Origin: a candidate division FCPU426 bacterium | Lineage (GTDB): Bacteria; Oederibacteriota; Muellerivitia; Muellerivitales; Muellerivitaceae | Length of the DNA stretch: 64,000 bases | Assembly: GCA_963830915.1 (NCBI GenBank) | Contig: CAWHOE010000064.1 | Location: 1-64,000 of the forward strand | Reading direction: 5' to 3' | Shown: positions 20,574 through 30,200 of the stretch, one piece after another | Layout of the letters: the number at the start of each line of letters is the position of its first letter | How positions within the stretch are numbered: position 1 is the stretch's first letter | Position numbers and translations under genes: made by a program | The notes under the pieces: generated by a model | Told to the model about the DNA's origin: nothing | The model's database searches: none | The model's input: only the letters and a program-made list of their open reading frames with translations

Positions 20574-21218
20574 CTAGTTTCCCTTTTCGATACTGACATT
20601 TTTTGACATTTCATTGGTCCCCGACTTGACCAGGATGCGGTAATCCCCCGCGGGAGCCTGGGACCCGTTGGACAACAGCCCGTCCCAACGGATCGACCAT
20701 TTGCCCGTGGGAAGGACGCCTTGGTAAAGGTCCCGAATCTTTTGGTCCTTCGGGTCAAAGATGCTGACCAAGATGGGAGCTGGTTTATCCAATTCCACCA
20801 CCACGCTGAGCCTGTTCCCCACATCCGAGGTCCCGGTCAAGCGTTGGGGGATCTCAAGGGGAGGCGGGGGCAAGGACGCTTTGGGCCTGGGCAGAGCCGC
20901 TGGTATCGATAACTGGGGCGCTGGCAAGGCGGTTTGGATGGTCTTCACCACTGCTTTAGGCCAGAGAACCCAGGCTAATATGCCCGTGGAACAAGCGGCC
21001 GCTAACAGGAACAACTTGCCGAAGGATAGGCCAGGATGGGGCAGACCCAAATGCTTCGGCATTACCGGCTCAGGGTAGCCCATGGCCAAGTATTCCAAAC
21101 GCATTTTTTCTCCCATGCGAAGCGCTTCCTCGGGAGAATTGGACAACAGATCATCGAGGGCCTCGGCCTCAACCTCGGTCAGGTTCCGGGTAAAAAATGT
21201 GTCGACCAGGTTCGTCAT
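20574..21218 (-). CDS. Putative anti-sigma factor: N-terminal ASD-like helices, one TM, Pro-rich linker, FlgD-Ig domain
   Basis: ATGA overlap with the ECF sigma stop; LTEVEAEALDDLL N-terminus; TM; C-terminus VSIFD..KIRDL..WDGLLSNGSQAPAGDYRI (FlgD_ig-like). Confidence 0.7.
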   Translation of the reverse strand: MTNLVDTFFTRNLTEVEAEALDDLLSNSPEEALRMGEKMRLEYLAMGYPEPVMPKHLGLPHPGLSFGKLFLLAAACSTGILAWVLWPKAVVKTIQTALPAPQLSIPAALPRPKASLPPPPLEIPQRLTGTSDVGNRLSVVVELDKPAPILVSIFDPKDQKIRDLYQGVLPTGKWSIRWDGLLSNGSQAPAGDYRILVKSGTNEMSKNVSIEKGN

Positions 21219-21784
21219 TTCGTTCCTTCTTCCAGCATCCGTCCAACCAGTTCTTTCAATGACGCCGTACATCTCGCCAGACGGGACATGATGGTTCCCA
21301 CGGGGATCTTCAACGTCCTCGCCATATCGATGTAACTAGCCTCTTCTTTCATCCTCATTTGGAGCATTCTTTTGCAAGGGTCTCCCATGTTTTCCAAGGC
21401 CTTGTCGATGGTTTCCATTTTGGCTTTACGGTCCAAATCCCTATTTGCCTTCTCGGAAACTTCCAGGGCCTTTCCTTGAAGCCGGATTTCCAGGTCTTCT
21501 TCCACCTGGACCACCACCCTGCCCCTTTTCCGGAAAAGCCTGTAGCATTTATGGATACGAATCTGGGTGAGCCAGGTATTCAGGCTGGACCGGAACTCGA
21601 ACTGGCCCAATTTCTGGAAAGCGGTCAGGAACACCTCCTGCAGGATATCTTCGATCTCCGGATCGTTGGCGCCCACAAAGTAGACGCAAAAGCTGTAGAG
21701 CTTGGACTGGTGGAGTTCGTAGAACTCTCTTTTGGCCTTTTCATCCCCAGCCAGGACCCGTCGCACCAACAACCGCTCGTCCAC
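21215..21784 (-). CDS. ECF RNA polymerase sigma factor
   Basis: EDILQEVFL..FEFRSSLNTWL (region 2); SYIDMARTLKIPVGTIMSRLAR (region 4); GTG start with AAGGAG RBS. Confidence 0.92.
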   Translation of the reverse strand: MDERLLVRRVLAGDEKAKREFYELHQSKLYSFCVYFVGANDPEIEDILQEVFLTAFQKLGQFEFRSSLNTWLTQIRIHKCYRLFRKRGRVVVQVEEDLEIRLQGKALEVSEKANRDLDRKAKMETIDKALENMGDPCKRMLQMRMKEEASYIDMARTLKIPVGTIMSRLARCTASLKELVGRMLEEGTK

Positions 21785-21957
21785 TGGTTCTCCTTATACT
21801 TAGAGCCGTCTGAGGGGAAAATATTCCCTGAAAGAACGGAATTTGATGTTCAAAGTCTTTGAATGGATTATAAACGGGGCTTTCCGGAACCATGTCGTTT
21901 TTTTAGGGACCCTGGAAACGACCGTTTTATTCTTGAAAAAAGGGACAACCTACGTTG

Positions 21958-24081
21958 TCAGGGATTTTGAGGCGTGGATATCATCGGTGAGGAAAATAGA
22001 TCCCGGCTCCAGGGGACAAGGCCGTCCCGGATCAAGTCATGGGCCAATAATTGACTGAAGAATTCATGACCATCGTGGTTGAAATGACAAGCTCCTCCCT
22101 CTTCGGTCAAGGGATAAAAGGAAAGGCGCAAAGCGGTCATTTCCTTGTTGAGATCCAAAAAGGGGATGTTAAGTTTGCGGGCGACCCCCGCCCATATTTC
22201 CTTGTCTTCCGGATAAGGCGCGATGGGACCTGTATTCACGGAACAAAGCACCACGCTAACCGGTTTCCCGGATGTGGATTTCATCCCAGAAAGTGTTTGA
22301 TTCAGAATATCCAACGGTTTTCCGTATAACTGGATCAATATGTCTTTGAGGTCGGGATCTGAAAACAGGGCGTTATCGAACATGAAGTTATTGCCCTCGA
22401 TATGAACCAGATTCCGGGACTTACAGAGATCGTAAAACCTCTTGGGGTCTCCCGCCGCGATCCTTTTCATCGGCGGTACCAATAGATATTCCGGGTCGGT
22501 ATTCTGCGAGGGTATCCCTTCTCGGGTTATGGGTCTCATGAAATACAATCGAAAAGGGAATATGTCGGGGGATGTTGGCGCATGCAGGATCAACACCAGA
22601 TCGACATCATTCTTCGACACGATATTGGGCAACTCATACCTCGGCCATAGGAAAAGAGGCAGCGAAGCAGAGTGAGGATAGCTCAGGACCTCAAAATTCA
22701 TGGGAGCGTCCTCAAGCGCCGCGAGTGTATTGAGATACGATTCCATGCGTTTGGCCATGCTGAGTTGACGGGGAAATCGGTCCCTGGTTTGGGTATTGAA
22801 CGTTGTTTTGATCGAGTAGTTGACGATCATGCTGGACCGGGAATCGCCCACAAGAAGGATCCGAAAGGTCCTGGGGGGTTTGTGGGCCGGATAATCAAAA
22901 TCGTTCAACCCGTTGACATTGTAATAATCCCCCGTGTACTTGGAATTGGGGTCATCGTAAACGTCCCGAAACGAAGTGATGATGTTGAGGTAAGGATTGA
23001 CGATATAGAGTTTTTTCTCATCCAACAGGTCCGGTATGAATCCGATCGGTTCCAACGGACCCATTTCATAGGTGGAACTTACGAAAGACGGGAGGAACAA
23101 GCCCGGCTCCGATATCTCATCTCCCCAAGGGGACACAAAGGATACCGGCTCGGCATGGGGTAATAAACGTTCCAGGGGAGCCTCCACACCCGCTTGGAGG
23201 GCGTAGAGTTGATCGCCCCTTGCCGCCAAGGCCAACACTATGCCTGACGAGGTAGCGGTTAGGGAAGGGGATGAAAACCCATCCGCCTTCCATTCCATTT
23301 GGAAGACCATGGGCTTCTCATGATCGGCCATATAAAGTTTATCCCCGGACACACAAAGAGCGGTCGGCCAAACCAGTCCCGTCGGGTCAACCGGGACCGG
23401 GGTCGATAGGCTGGTTGGAGCGGACTGCGCTGCGGTCAACTTGACCGAAGTCACCTGGCCGGTTTTTAGATCCAATCTTTTTAGGGCTCTTAAGCCAGGT
23501 TGGGTGAAGAGAACGGAATTAGGGGAGGCCAAATAAACCATGTCCCGAATGTCGGCCATGGATATTTCTTGGGCCGGGCCTTCCTCCCGGGAGGATGGCT
23601 CCTTTCCCGCGAGGGTGGATACGGTCCCGGACTTCAAGTCCACGAGACGTAGACGCTTGTTGCCGAAATCATTGACCACCAACCGATCCCCCGGCAGATA
23701 CACGATCGAATGGGGATGATTGAAGCTGGCGGACGCCAAAGGACCATCTTGATTCCCCGCTTTATTCTGGCCGCCCAGGGTCGTGACCAGATTATCCTGG
23801 TCCAAATAGATCACCCGGACGCGGTTATTCAAGGAGTCGGCGACGTAAAGCCTGGTCCCATCCGTATTGATGGCCAGTCCCAGGGGCCGCTTGAAATAAG
23901 CCGAGGCGAAATCGCCATCTCGAAAACCGCCGGTCCCTTCCCCAGCCACAAAAGCGAAAAAATTGGAGGCCATTGGGCGAAGAGCCCATACAACCCGGGG
24001 AAAAGAAAAACCGAGCCCGATCAGAAGCAAGAACGCATATATGGCGAGTGTTTTTAACTTTTTCACGCGTTCCCCTCTCAA
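21958..24081 (-). CDS. Exported NHL-repeat beta-propeller fused to an SGNH/GDSL-like domain
   Basis: NHL repeats (FKRPLGLAI..LYVADSLNNRVR); RILLVGDS and HFNHDGH SGNH blocks; N-terminal signal/TM. Confidence 0.7.
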   Translation of the reverse strand: MRGERVKKLKTLAIYAFLLLIGLGFSFPRVVWALRPMASNFFAFVAGEGTGGFRDGDFASAYFKRPLGLAINTDGTRLYVADSLNNRVRVIYLDQDNLVTTLGGQNKAGNQDGPLASASFNHPHSIVYLPGDRLVVNDFGNKRLRLVDLKSGTVSTLAGKEPSSREEGPAQEISMADIRDMVYLASPNSVLFTQPGLRALKRLDLKTGQVTSVKLTAAQSAPTSLSTPVPVDPTGLVWPTALCVSGDKLYMADHEKPMVFQMEWKADGFSSPSLTATSSGIVLALAARGDQLYALQAGVEAPLERLLPHAEPVSFVSPWGDEISEPGLFLPSFVSSTYEMGPLEPIGFIPDLLDEKKLYIVNPYLNIITSFRDVYDDPNSKYTGDYYNVNGLNDFDYPAHKPPRTFRILLVGDSRSSMIVNYSIKTTFNTQTRDRFPRQLSMAKRMESYLNTLAALEDAPMNFEVLSYPHSASLPLFLWPRYELPNIVSKNDVDLVLILHAPTSPDIFPFRLYFMRPITREGIPSQNTDPEYLLVPPMKRIAAGDPKRFYDLCKSRNLVHIEGNNFMFDNALFSDPDLKDILIQLYGKPLDILNQTLSGMKSTSGKPVSVVLCSVNTGPIAPYPEDKEIWAGVARKLNIPFLDLNKEMTALRLSFYPLTEEGGACHFNHDGHEFFSQLLAHDLIRDGLVPWSRDLFSSPMISTPQNP

Positions 24082-24378
24082 GGGCTTGCGGGTAATGAAA
24101 ACTAATGTTAATGAAGAAAATGGCAGCTAATACCGAATTAATATATATCAATATCAAGGAGCCTGGTTATTAAACACCATAGGCTTTTCCTCAAAACGCT
24201 TAAAGCGAAACCGCCCTCAAGTTTCCAAAGTTGATTAGCAAACACAAGCAACAAGGTCGAAATATGCCCGCTTGCAGACGACGAGATATTCGATGAGTCT
24301 TTAAGGATGCCGGCGGAAGTCGCTGATCCCGCCGATCCTTAATTCCGGTCTGCCTAAAGAAAACGACCTCGGATAGCT

Positions 24379-25200
24379 TTACGATCTTCCTTTTCCCTCG
24401 ATGAACACCTGTATTTCCGTCAGGTAGTTCTTGGGGTTGCCCTTGAAGATCATCCCCGGACCTTTAATGTATATCTCCCGGGAGGGCGTCACGGCCTTGT
24501 AGTGTTTATCTTTGATATAGTCCGTGACCTTGGCGTAGGACCGTCCGATCTGTTCGTAAGGTCCTTGATGGATCAGGCTGACGCATCTCCCGCCCGGCAG
24601 GGTCTTGACCTCCACGCCTTTCAAACCTTCTCCGTCCCGCACCGGGAAGCAGGATTCCACATCCGCGTCCGTTTCCTTATATTCCTCGTCGTAATAGAGG
24701 TTGAAGGGCGTCCCGCTGATCTTCCTTCCGGCCTTTCGGCCGACTTGACCGAAATATTTCCCCGTTTCGGGATAGGAGCCCTTCCACCGGATGGACGCCA
24801 CCTGGATGGGGTCCACCTTCTTTTCCTCGATATCGAATTGCGATTCCTTCACCATGGCCGCCGCCTCCCTTTCCACCTGAATGAGGTGGTTGATGTCCTT
24901 TGAAATGGTCTTGAGCTTCTCGACCTGGGTTTCAATGGCGGAGCGTTTTTTCTGGAGGTAATCGACCGCGTCCGCGTCATCCCGGCAGTCCTGGAGGACT
25001 TCCTTGATCTCCTCGAGGGAAAAGGTCAGATCCCTCAGGAAACGGATGGCGCGGGCTTTTTCGATGTTGGCCTGGGTGTAATACCGGTACCCCGATTCAG
25101 GATCCACATGGCTCGGCACCAACAACCCTATCTCGTGGTAGTGGCGTAGGGCCTTCACCGTCAGGACCGTGATCGTGGAGAATTCACCGATGGTATACAC
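24379..25200 (-). CDS. MerR-family regulator with GyrI-like ligand-binding domain (BmrR-like)
   Basis: YTIGEFS..KALRHYHEIGLL..SGYRYY; C-terminal HQGPYEQIGRSY..PSREIYIKGP; GTG start with GGAGG RBS. Confidence 0.9.
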   Translation of the reverse strand: MYTIGEFSTITVLTVKALRHYHEIGLLVPSHVDPESGYRYYTQANIEKARAIRFLRDLTFSLEEIKEVLQDCRDDADAVDYLQKKRSAIETQVEKLKTISKDINHLIQVEREAAAMVKESQFDIEEKKVDPIQVASIRWKGSYPETGKYFGQVGRKAGRKISGTPFNLYYDEEYKETDADVESCFPVRDGEGLKGVEVKTLPGGRCVSLIHQGPYEQIGRSYAKVTDYIKDKHYKAVTPSREIYIKGPGMIFKGNPKNYLTEIQVFIEGKGRS

Positions 25201-25362
25201 TTCAGAACCTCCGACAGGCTGCTGAAAAAAAATAGTGCTACAAAGCAGCCTGTTGCCCCAAAGATTCAGCAAGAATCGTGGGGCTACCAAAAATGTCGTA
25301 AGCTAAAAAAGTACGTTTTGATGACTTTTTAACTACTTCAACCAGAAATAAGCTCCAAGGAG

Positions 25363-25393
25363 ACTCTCGGCCCTACCCTAAGGGGAGAGTCAA
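25363..25393 (-). promoter_or_regulatory. MerR-type promoter/operator with 19-bp spacer
   Basis: Minus strand TTGACT-CTCCCCTTAGGGTAGGGCC(19)-GAGAGT, with an imperfect dyad in the spacer, upstream of the MerR gene. Confidence 0.55.
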
Positions 25394-25418
25394 GACTATA
25401 TTTTGATGCTCGAAACTT

Positions 25419-26024
25419 TTATTTGTTCTCCAAGTGTTCCCTTGTGGCCTCCGCGGGGGACTTGGGCGGGACGAATGCGATCTTCGCGCCGGACATCTTC
25501 CGGTGAAACTCAAGATCGGGCGTGATTTCCTTTACATGGAAAAGGATCATGTTCATCCCTTCCCATAGGGTGAACCATCCCGCAGGCTCCAGAAGTACGA
25601 CGATAAAGGACGTCAAAAAGGTTTGTTTGAATTCATAAAGGATATAGGTGGCCAGGAACATGAAAGCCACCCCTAAGATGACCATTTTGATCCCGTTCTT
25701 GATCTCGCTTTTGCGTTTGAGTCTCAGTAACTTGTGATGGCGTCGAAAATGGTCCCGAAGCCGTTCCAGGATGACCTTTTCATGGTCGGGGACGCTCTTT
25801 TCCTTGGGGAGGTACAGGGTCAAGGTCAAACCGCGCTCTTCCTTATAGAGGGCCGCGTGTTTCAGTTCAAAAAGGAAGTCTTCCGAGAGACTGCGTTCTG
25901 AATAGGGCCGGGGGTCGAAATCCGAGAAAAGATCCTCGTAATCATCCAGCGCTAGGGTGATGGTGGTCGCCTTGGTAGCGCCGGAAAAGCCGCTTTCGTC
26001 CTTGGATGAGATTTGGGTTTCCAT
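25419..26024 (-). CDS. Hypothetical membrane protein (2 TMs)
   Basis: 201 aa ORF with LDDYEDLFSDFDPRP and two hydrophobic segments. Confidence 0.75.
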   Translation of the reverse strand: METQISSKDESGFSGATKATTITLALDDYEDLFSDFDPRPYSERSLSEDFLFELKHAALYKEERGLTLTLYLPKEKSVPDHEKVILERLRDHFRRHHKLLRLKRKSEIKNGIKMVILGVAFMFLATYILYEFKQTFLTSFIVVLLEPAGWFTLWEGMNMILFHVKEITPDLEFHRKMSGAKIAFVPPKSPAEATREHLENK

Positions 26025-26117
26025 TCCCCCAGTTTACACGATTTTTAAAAGTTGGATGCCAGGGCGTGCCCAACAGGAAAAGTTCCTAGCCGAACTTTAC
26101 CAAATCCTTTGTTTTAT

Positions 26118-26558
26118 TTAATTCTTCAAGGCCTTCTCGATCTTATCCAAGTGATCCCGGCGGTGCAGGCTTCGGCGCAGGTTCCTTTCTAACCCCAACC
26201 CCAGCAATTCGTCGGCTTGGGCCTGGGTCAGCTTTTCCACCATTCCATCCGCCATCTCCGCCGCCGCTTTCGTGAATTTGACCACCATCGGGCCAGAGAT
26301 GGCTTCCGATAGAAGGCTTAAGGGATTGTTCACGGCCAGGGCATCCAGGGAGCCTATCAGCCGCCCCTCGGTCAGGTACCGATTCAAAGCCGTGGCTTGC
26401 CGGAAATCCCAAAAAGCCAGGTGGGCCAGGGTCACCGCCACGGTCCAGCCGTTGGGCATACGGCGGGTAAAGTCCCCATCCTTAAGCCCCGACATAAAGT
26501 CCAAGAGCCTTTCCCGCTCCTTTTTATTTTCCTGGATGAATGCTTGTAGGTCGGCCAT
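26118..26558 (-). CDS. DinB/MDMPI-superfamily protein
   Basis: GWTVAVTLAHLAFWD and C-terminal HRRDHL metal-binding His pattern. Confidence 0.75.
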   Translation of the reverse strand: MADLQAFIQENKKERERLLDFMSGLKDGDFTRRMPNGWTVAVTLAHLAFWDFRQATALNRYLTEGRLIGSLDALAVNNPLSLLSEAISGPMVVKFTKAAAEMADGMVEKLTQAQADELLGLGLERNLRRSLHRRDHLDKIEKALKN

Positions 26559-26652
26559 GGTTACCCCTTTTTTTACCCATTTTCGATCGGTATTCTACCA
26601 AGAATTTTGTGGCACCTTCCAAATGGGATATTTATCGGACCCAAGTTGGTTT

Positions 26653-27093
26653 CCGATGCATTCCCAGCGATACGCCCACCGGTATTTGGGGAGCCCACCG
26701 ACATTCCCGCTGGCACGCCCACTGGCATTTGGGGGTCTCCACCGACATTCCCGCTGGCACGCCCACTGGCATTTGGGGGTCTCCACCGACATTCCCACTG
26801 GCACGCCCACTGGCATTTGGGGGTCTCCACCGACATTCCCACTGGCACGCCCACTGGCATTCCCGGTGGCACGCCAACTGGCATTTGGGGATCTCCACCG
26901 GCATTCCCACTGGCACGCCCACTGGCATTTGGGGGTCTCCACCGACATTCCCACTGGCACGCCCACTGGCATTTAGGGGTGTCCACTGGCATTCCCGCTG
27001 GCACGCCCACTGGCATTTGGGGGTCTCCACCGACATTCCCACTGGCACGCCCACTGGCATTTAGGGGTCTCCACCGACATTCCCACTGGCATT
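26653..27093. repeat. 44-bp tandem repeat (minisatellite), ~9.5 copies including a degenerate first unit
   Basis: Unit CCACCGACATTC-CCACTGGCACGC-CCACTGGCATTT-GGGGGTCT starts at 26695, 26739, 26783, 26827, 26895, 26939, 26983, 27027 and 27071 (partial); one unit has an extra 24 bp. Confidence 0.95.
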
Positions 27094-27149
27094 GTGCCAC
27101 TTCGCCAGCGGACGATCGGTTTCCACCAGCATTAAACAGGCCTTTTAGA

Positions 27150-27244
27150 CCATCGGAAAACCTTGGGTTTCCATCGGAAAGGTCCTCCGGTCCATCGGAA
27201 AAGTCGGGTTACCCATCGGAGGGGGTCCTTCAGGCCATCGGAAA
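27150..27244. repeat. Five CCATCGGA boxes phased at 21-22 bp with variable spacers
   Basis: Starts at 27150, 27171, 27192, 27213 and 27235. Confidence 0.85.
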
Positions 27245-27250
27245 AAGGCA

Positions 27251-30200
27251 TTACCGCACCGCGAAATACTCGCATTCGGGGTGGTGAACGATGATGGCGC
27301 TGGTGGATTGCTCAGGCACCATCATGAAGGCCTCCGTTAGGGTGACCCCGATGGCCTTGGTGGCGTCCAAAAGCCTGAAATACTTCTCCTGGTCCGACTG
27401 CTCGGGGCAGGCGGGATAACCGGGCGAGTAACGCTTCCCTTGCCCGATGGGCAGGCCCCATTCGTTACGGACCCGGCGGTGGATCCATTCCGCCATGGCC
27501 TCGGCGGTCTGCACCGCCAACCCATGTAAATAGTAGCTGTCCGTGTATTTCCCGTCCTTGTTCAACTTCTCGATAAGCTCGGTGGCCTTTTCCCCAATGG
27601 TCACGACCTGAAAGGACACTACATCCTTCTCGCCAGAAGAGACAGGTTTGAAGTAGTCCGAAAGGCACAGATGCCGTCCTACCCTTTGGCGGGGGAACTT
27701 GAAGCGCTCCAATTCCTTTTTGGGGTCATTGCCGTCGTAAATGATCAAGTCGTTACCGTCCGAATTGGCCAGGAAGAACCCATAGACCAGCTTGGGCTCG
27801 AACCAGTTCTTGGACAATATCTCGTCCTGCATCTTCAGCCGCATGGGCTGGAATTGGTTCTGGATGAGGGTTCGATACTCATCCCCATCCTTGGCTTTTA
27901 CCCCCCAATTCAATTTGTAAAGCTGGGTCAGGTCCAAATAGGGCCAGACTTCTCTCAAGGGCACTTTGTTGATGACGGAAGTGCCCGCGAAAGGATTCTT
28001 CGGTATGAAAACTGCCGGCTTGACCGTCGGCGGGAAATTCTCAGGTGTGGCTTCTTCCTCTTCCTTTTTCGCCTCGGAAAATCCCAGAGCCTTGGATTTC
28101 ACCGCTTCATCCTTGATGCGGTTACGGAAAGTCTCCCGGGTGGCTAGGTCCGAAAGAGCGTTCAGGATATCCAGCCCCTCAAAAGCGTCCTTGGCGTAAT
28201 AAACCCCCGGCTCGTAAAGCTTCTCGTCCACGAAGCTGATACGGTAGCCGTAACGGCGGTTGATGGCGGCTCCCCCCACGACGACCGGGAATTGAAGACC
28301 CAGTTTTTCCAGTTCCTGCACGCAAATGGGCATCTGCTTGGAGGTGACGACCAACAGCGCCGACAGGCCGATGGCGTCCGCTTTCACTTCCTGCGCCTTG
28401 GCGATGATGGTGGAAACAGGCACCTGCTTGCCCAGGTCGTGTACCGTAAAGCCGTTGTTGGAAAGGATGGTGCGTACCAAGTTCTTGCCGATGTCATGCA
28501 CGTCCCCGTAAACCGTGGCCAGGACCACCGTGCCTTTGGTGGTGGCGGTCGATTTATCCAGGAACTGTTCCACGTAAGCCACGGCCTTTTTCATGACCTC
28601 GGCAGATTGTAATACGAAGGGCAGGATGAGCTCGCCCGAACCGAACTTGTCCCCCACTTCCTTCATAGCGGGCAAAAGCACCTTGTTCAAGGTCTCCACC
28701 GCGCTTCTTTCCTTCAGGACCTCGGCCAGGTCGGCCTCGATCTTGTCAGGCTTCCGGTTGACGATCTTCCAATGGACCTTTTGCGCCGGGGTCATGCCCT
28801 CGGTCGGGTCGGCGGCGGTCTGGGCCTCCACCGGTCCTTTGCCAGCGAAGTGCTGGATGAAATGGGCCAGGGCCTGAGGGTCCCGGTTGAAGACCAGGTC
28901 GTCGGCCAGTTTGCGCTCGTCCTCGGCGATGGACATATAGGGTTTGATGTCCGCCGGGTTCAGGATGGCCATATCCAACCCCGCCTGCACACAGTGGTAA
29001 AGGAAAACGGAGTTCAAGACCTCGCGGGCCTGTTTGGAAAGCCCGAAAGAAACGTTGGAAAGCCCCAGCACCGTGCGCACGCCCGGGATGTGCTTCTTGA
29101 TGAGCTTGATTCCTTCCATGGTCTCGACGGCGGAATTCTTGAACTCCTCCTCGCCGGTGGCCAGGGTGAAGGTAAGGGCGTCGAACACGATGTCCTCGGC
29201 CGGGATACCGTACTCTTTCACGCAGATGTCGGTGATCTTTTTCGCCACTTCCAATTTACGGGCGGCGGTCTTCGCCATGCCCTTTTCCTGGGGTTTGGAC
29301 TTGTCGTAGTAAATGTCGTCGATGGTCATGGCCACCACTGCGGAACCATACTTCTTGATGAGCGGGCAAAGTCTTTTCACCCTTGACCCATCCCCTTCCA
29401 GGTTGATGGAATTGACCATCGCCCGGCCCGGATAGATCTTCAACGCCGCCTCGACCACTTCCGCCTCGGTGGAGTCGATCATGAGGGGCGTATCCACGCC
29501 CAAGGCAAGCTTTTTGACGATCCTCATCATCTGGTTCTTCTCGTCGGGGCGCTCGGTCAGGGCCACGCAAACATCCAGCACATGGGCGCCGCCCTCGGCC
29601 TGTCCCCGGCCCACCTGCACCATGCCCTCGTAGTCGTCGGCCAAAAGCATCGTCTTGATCTTGCGGGAACCCTGGGAATTGACCCGCTCCCCCACGATGA
29701 GGGGTTTGGGGTCCTGATCCAGGGAAACGCTCTTGATCATGGAGGACGCCCCGCACAGATGGGTGACCTGGCGTTTCTTGGGTTTTTGGTTCCCTATGGC
29801 CGTCACGACCTGACGAAGATGCTCATGGGAGGTTCCGCAGCATCCGCCCACAATGTTGACGCCGAACTCCTCGACGAATTCCTTCAGGGCCACGGCCAGT
29901 TGTTCGGGCTTGAGGGGATAGACCGCCTGGCCGCCCCGGTTTTCCGGAAGGCCAGCGTTGGGGATGGTGGAGATGGGAAAGGGTGAATATTGGCTTAGGT
30001 AGCGAACCGAGTCCTTCATTTCTTTGGGACCAGTGGAGCAGTTCATGCCGATGACGTCGATGGGAAGGCGGGAGAATGTGGCCAGGACGGAGGATATTTC
30101 AGTGCCCAGGAGCATGCGACCCGTGGTATCCAACGTGGTCTGGGCCATAAGTCCGACGGGTGATTTCTTCTCGATCCGGGCTTTATGACATCCAAAGACC

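Noticed and set aside
26700..27060. Array of sigma54 promoters (TGGCAC in each unit)
   Set aside because: The -12 position reads GG rather than GC at GG-N10, so the spacing does not fit.
26653..27244. CRISPR array
   Set aside because: The 44-bp units are contiguous with no unique spacers, the CCATCGGA boxes are only 8 bp with 13-14 nt spacers, and there are no cas genes in the window.
26272..27287. Overlapping 125-234 aa ORFs across the minisatellite
   Set aside because: They are open only because the repeat lacks stops; all frames give the same permuted peptide and none has a convincing RBS.
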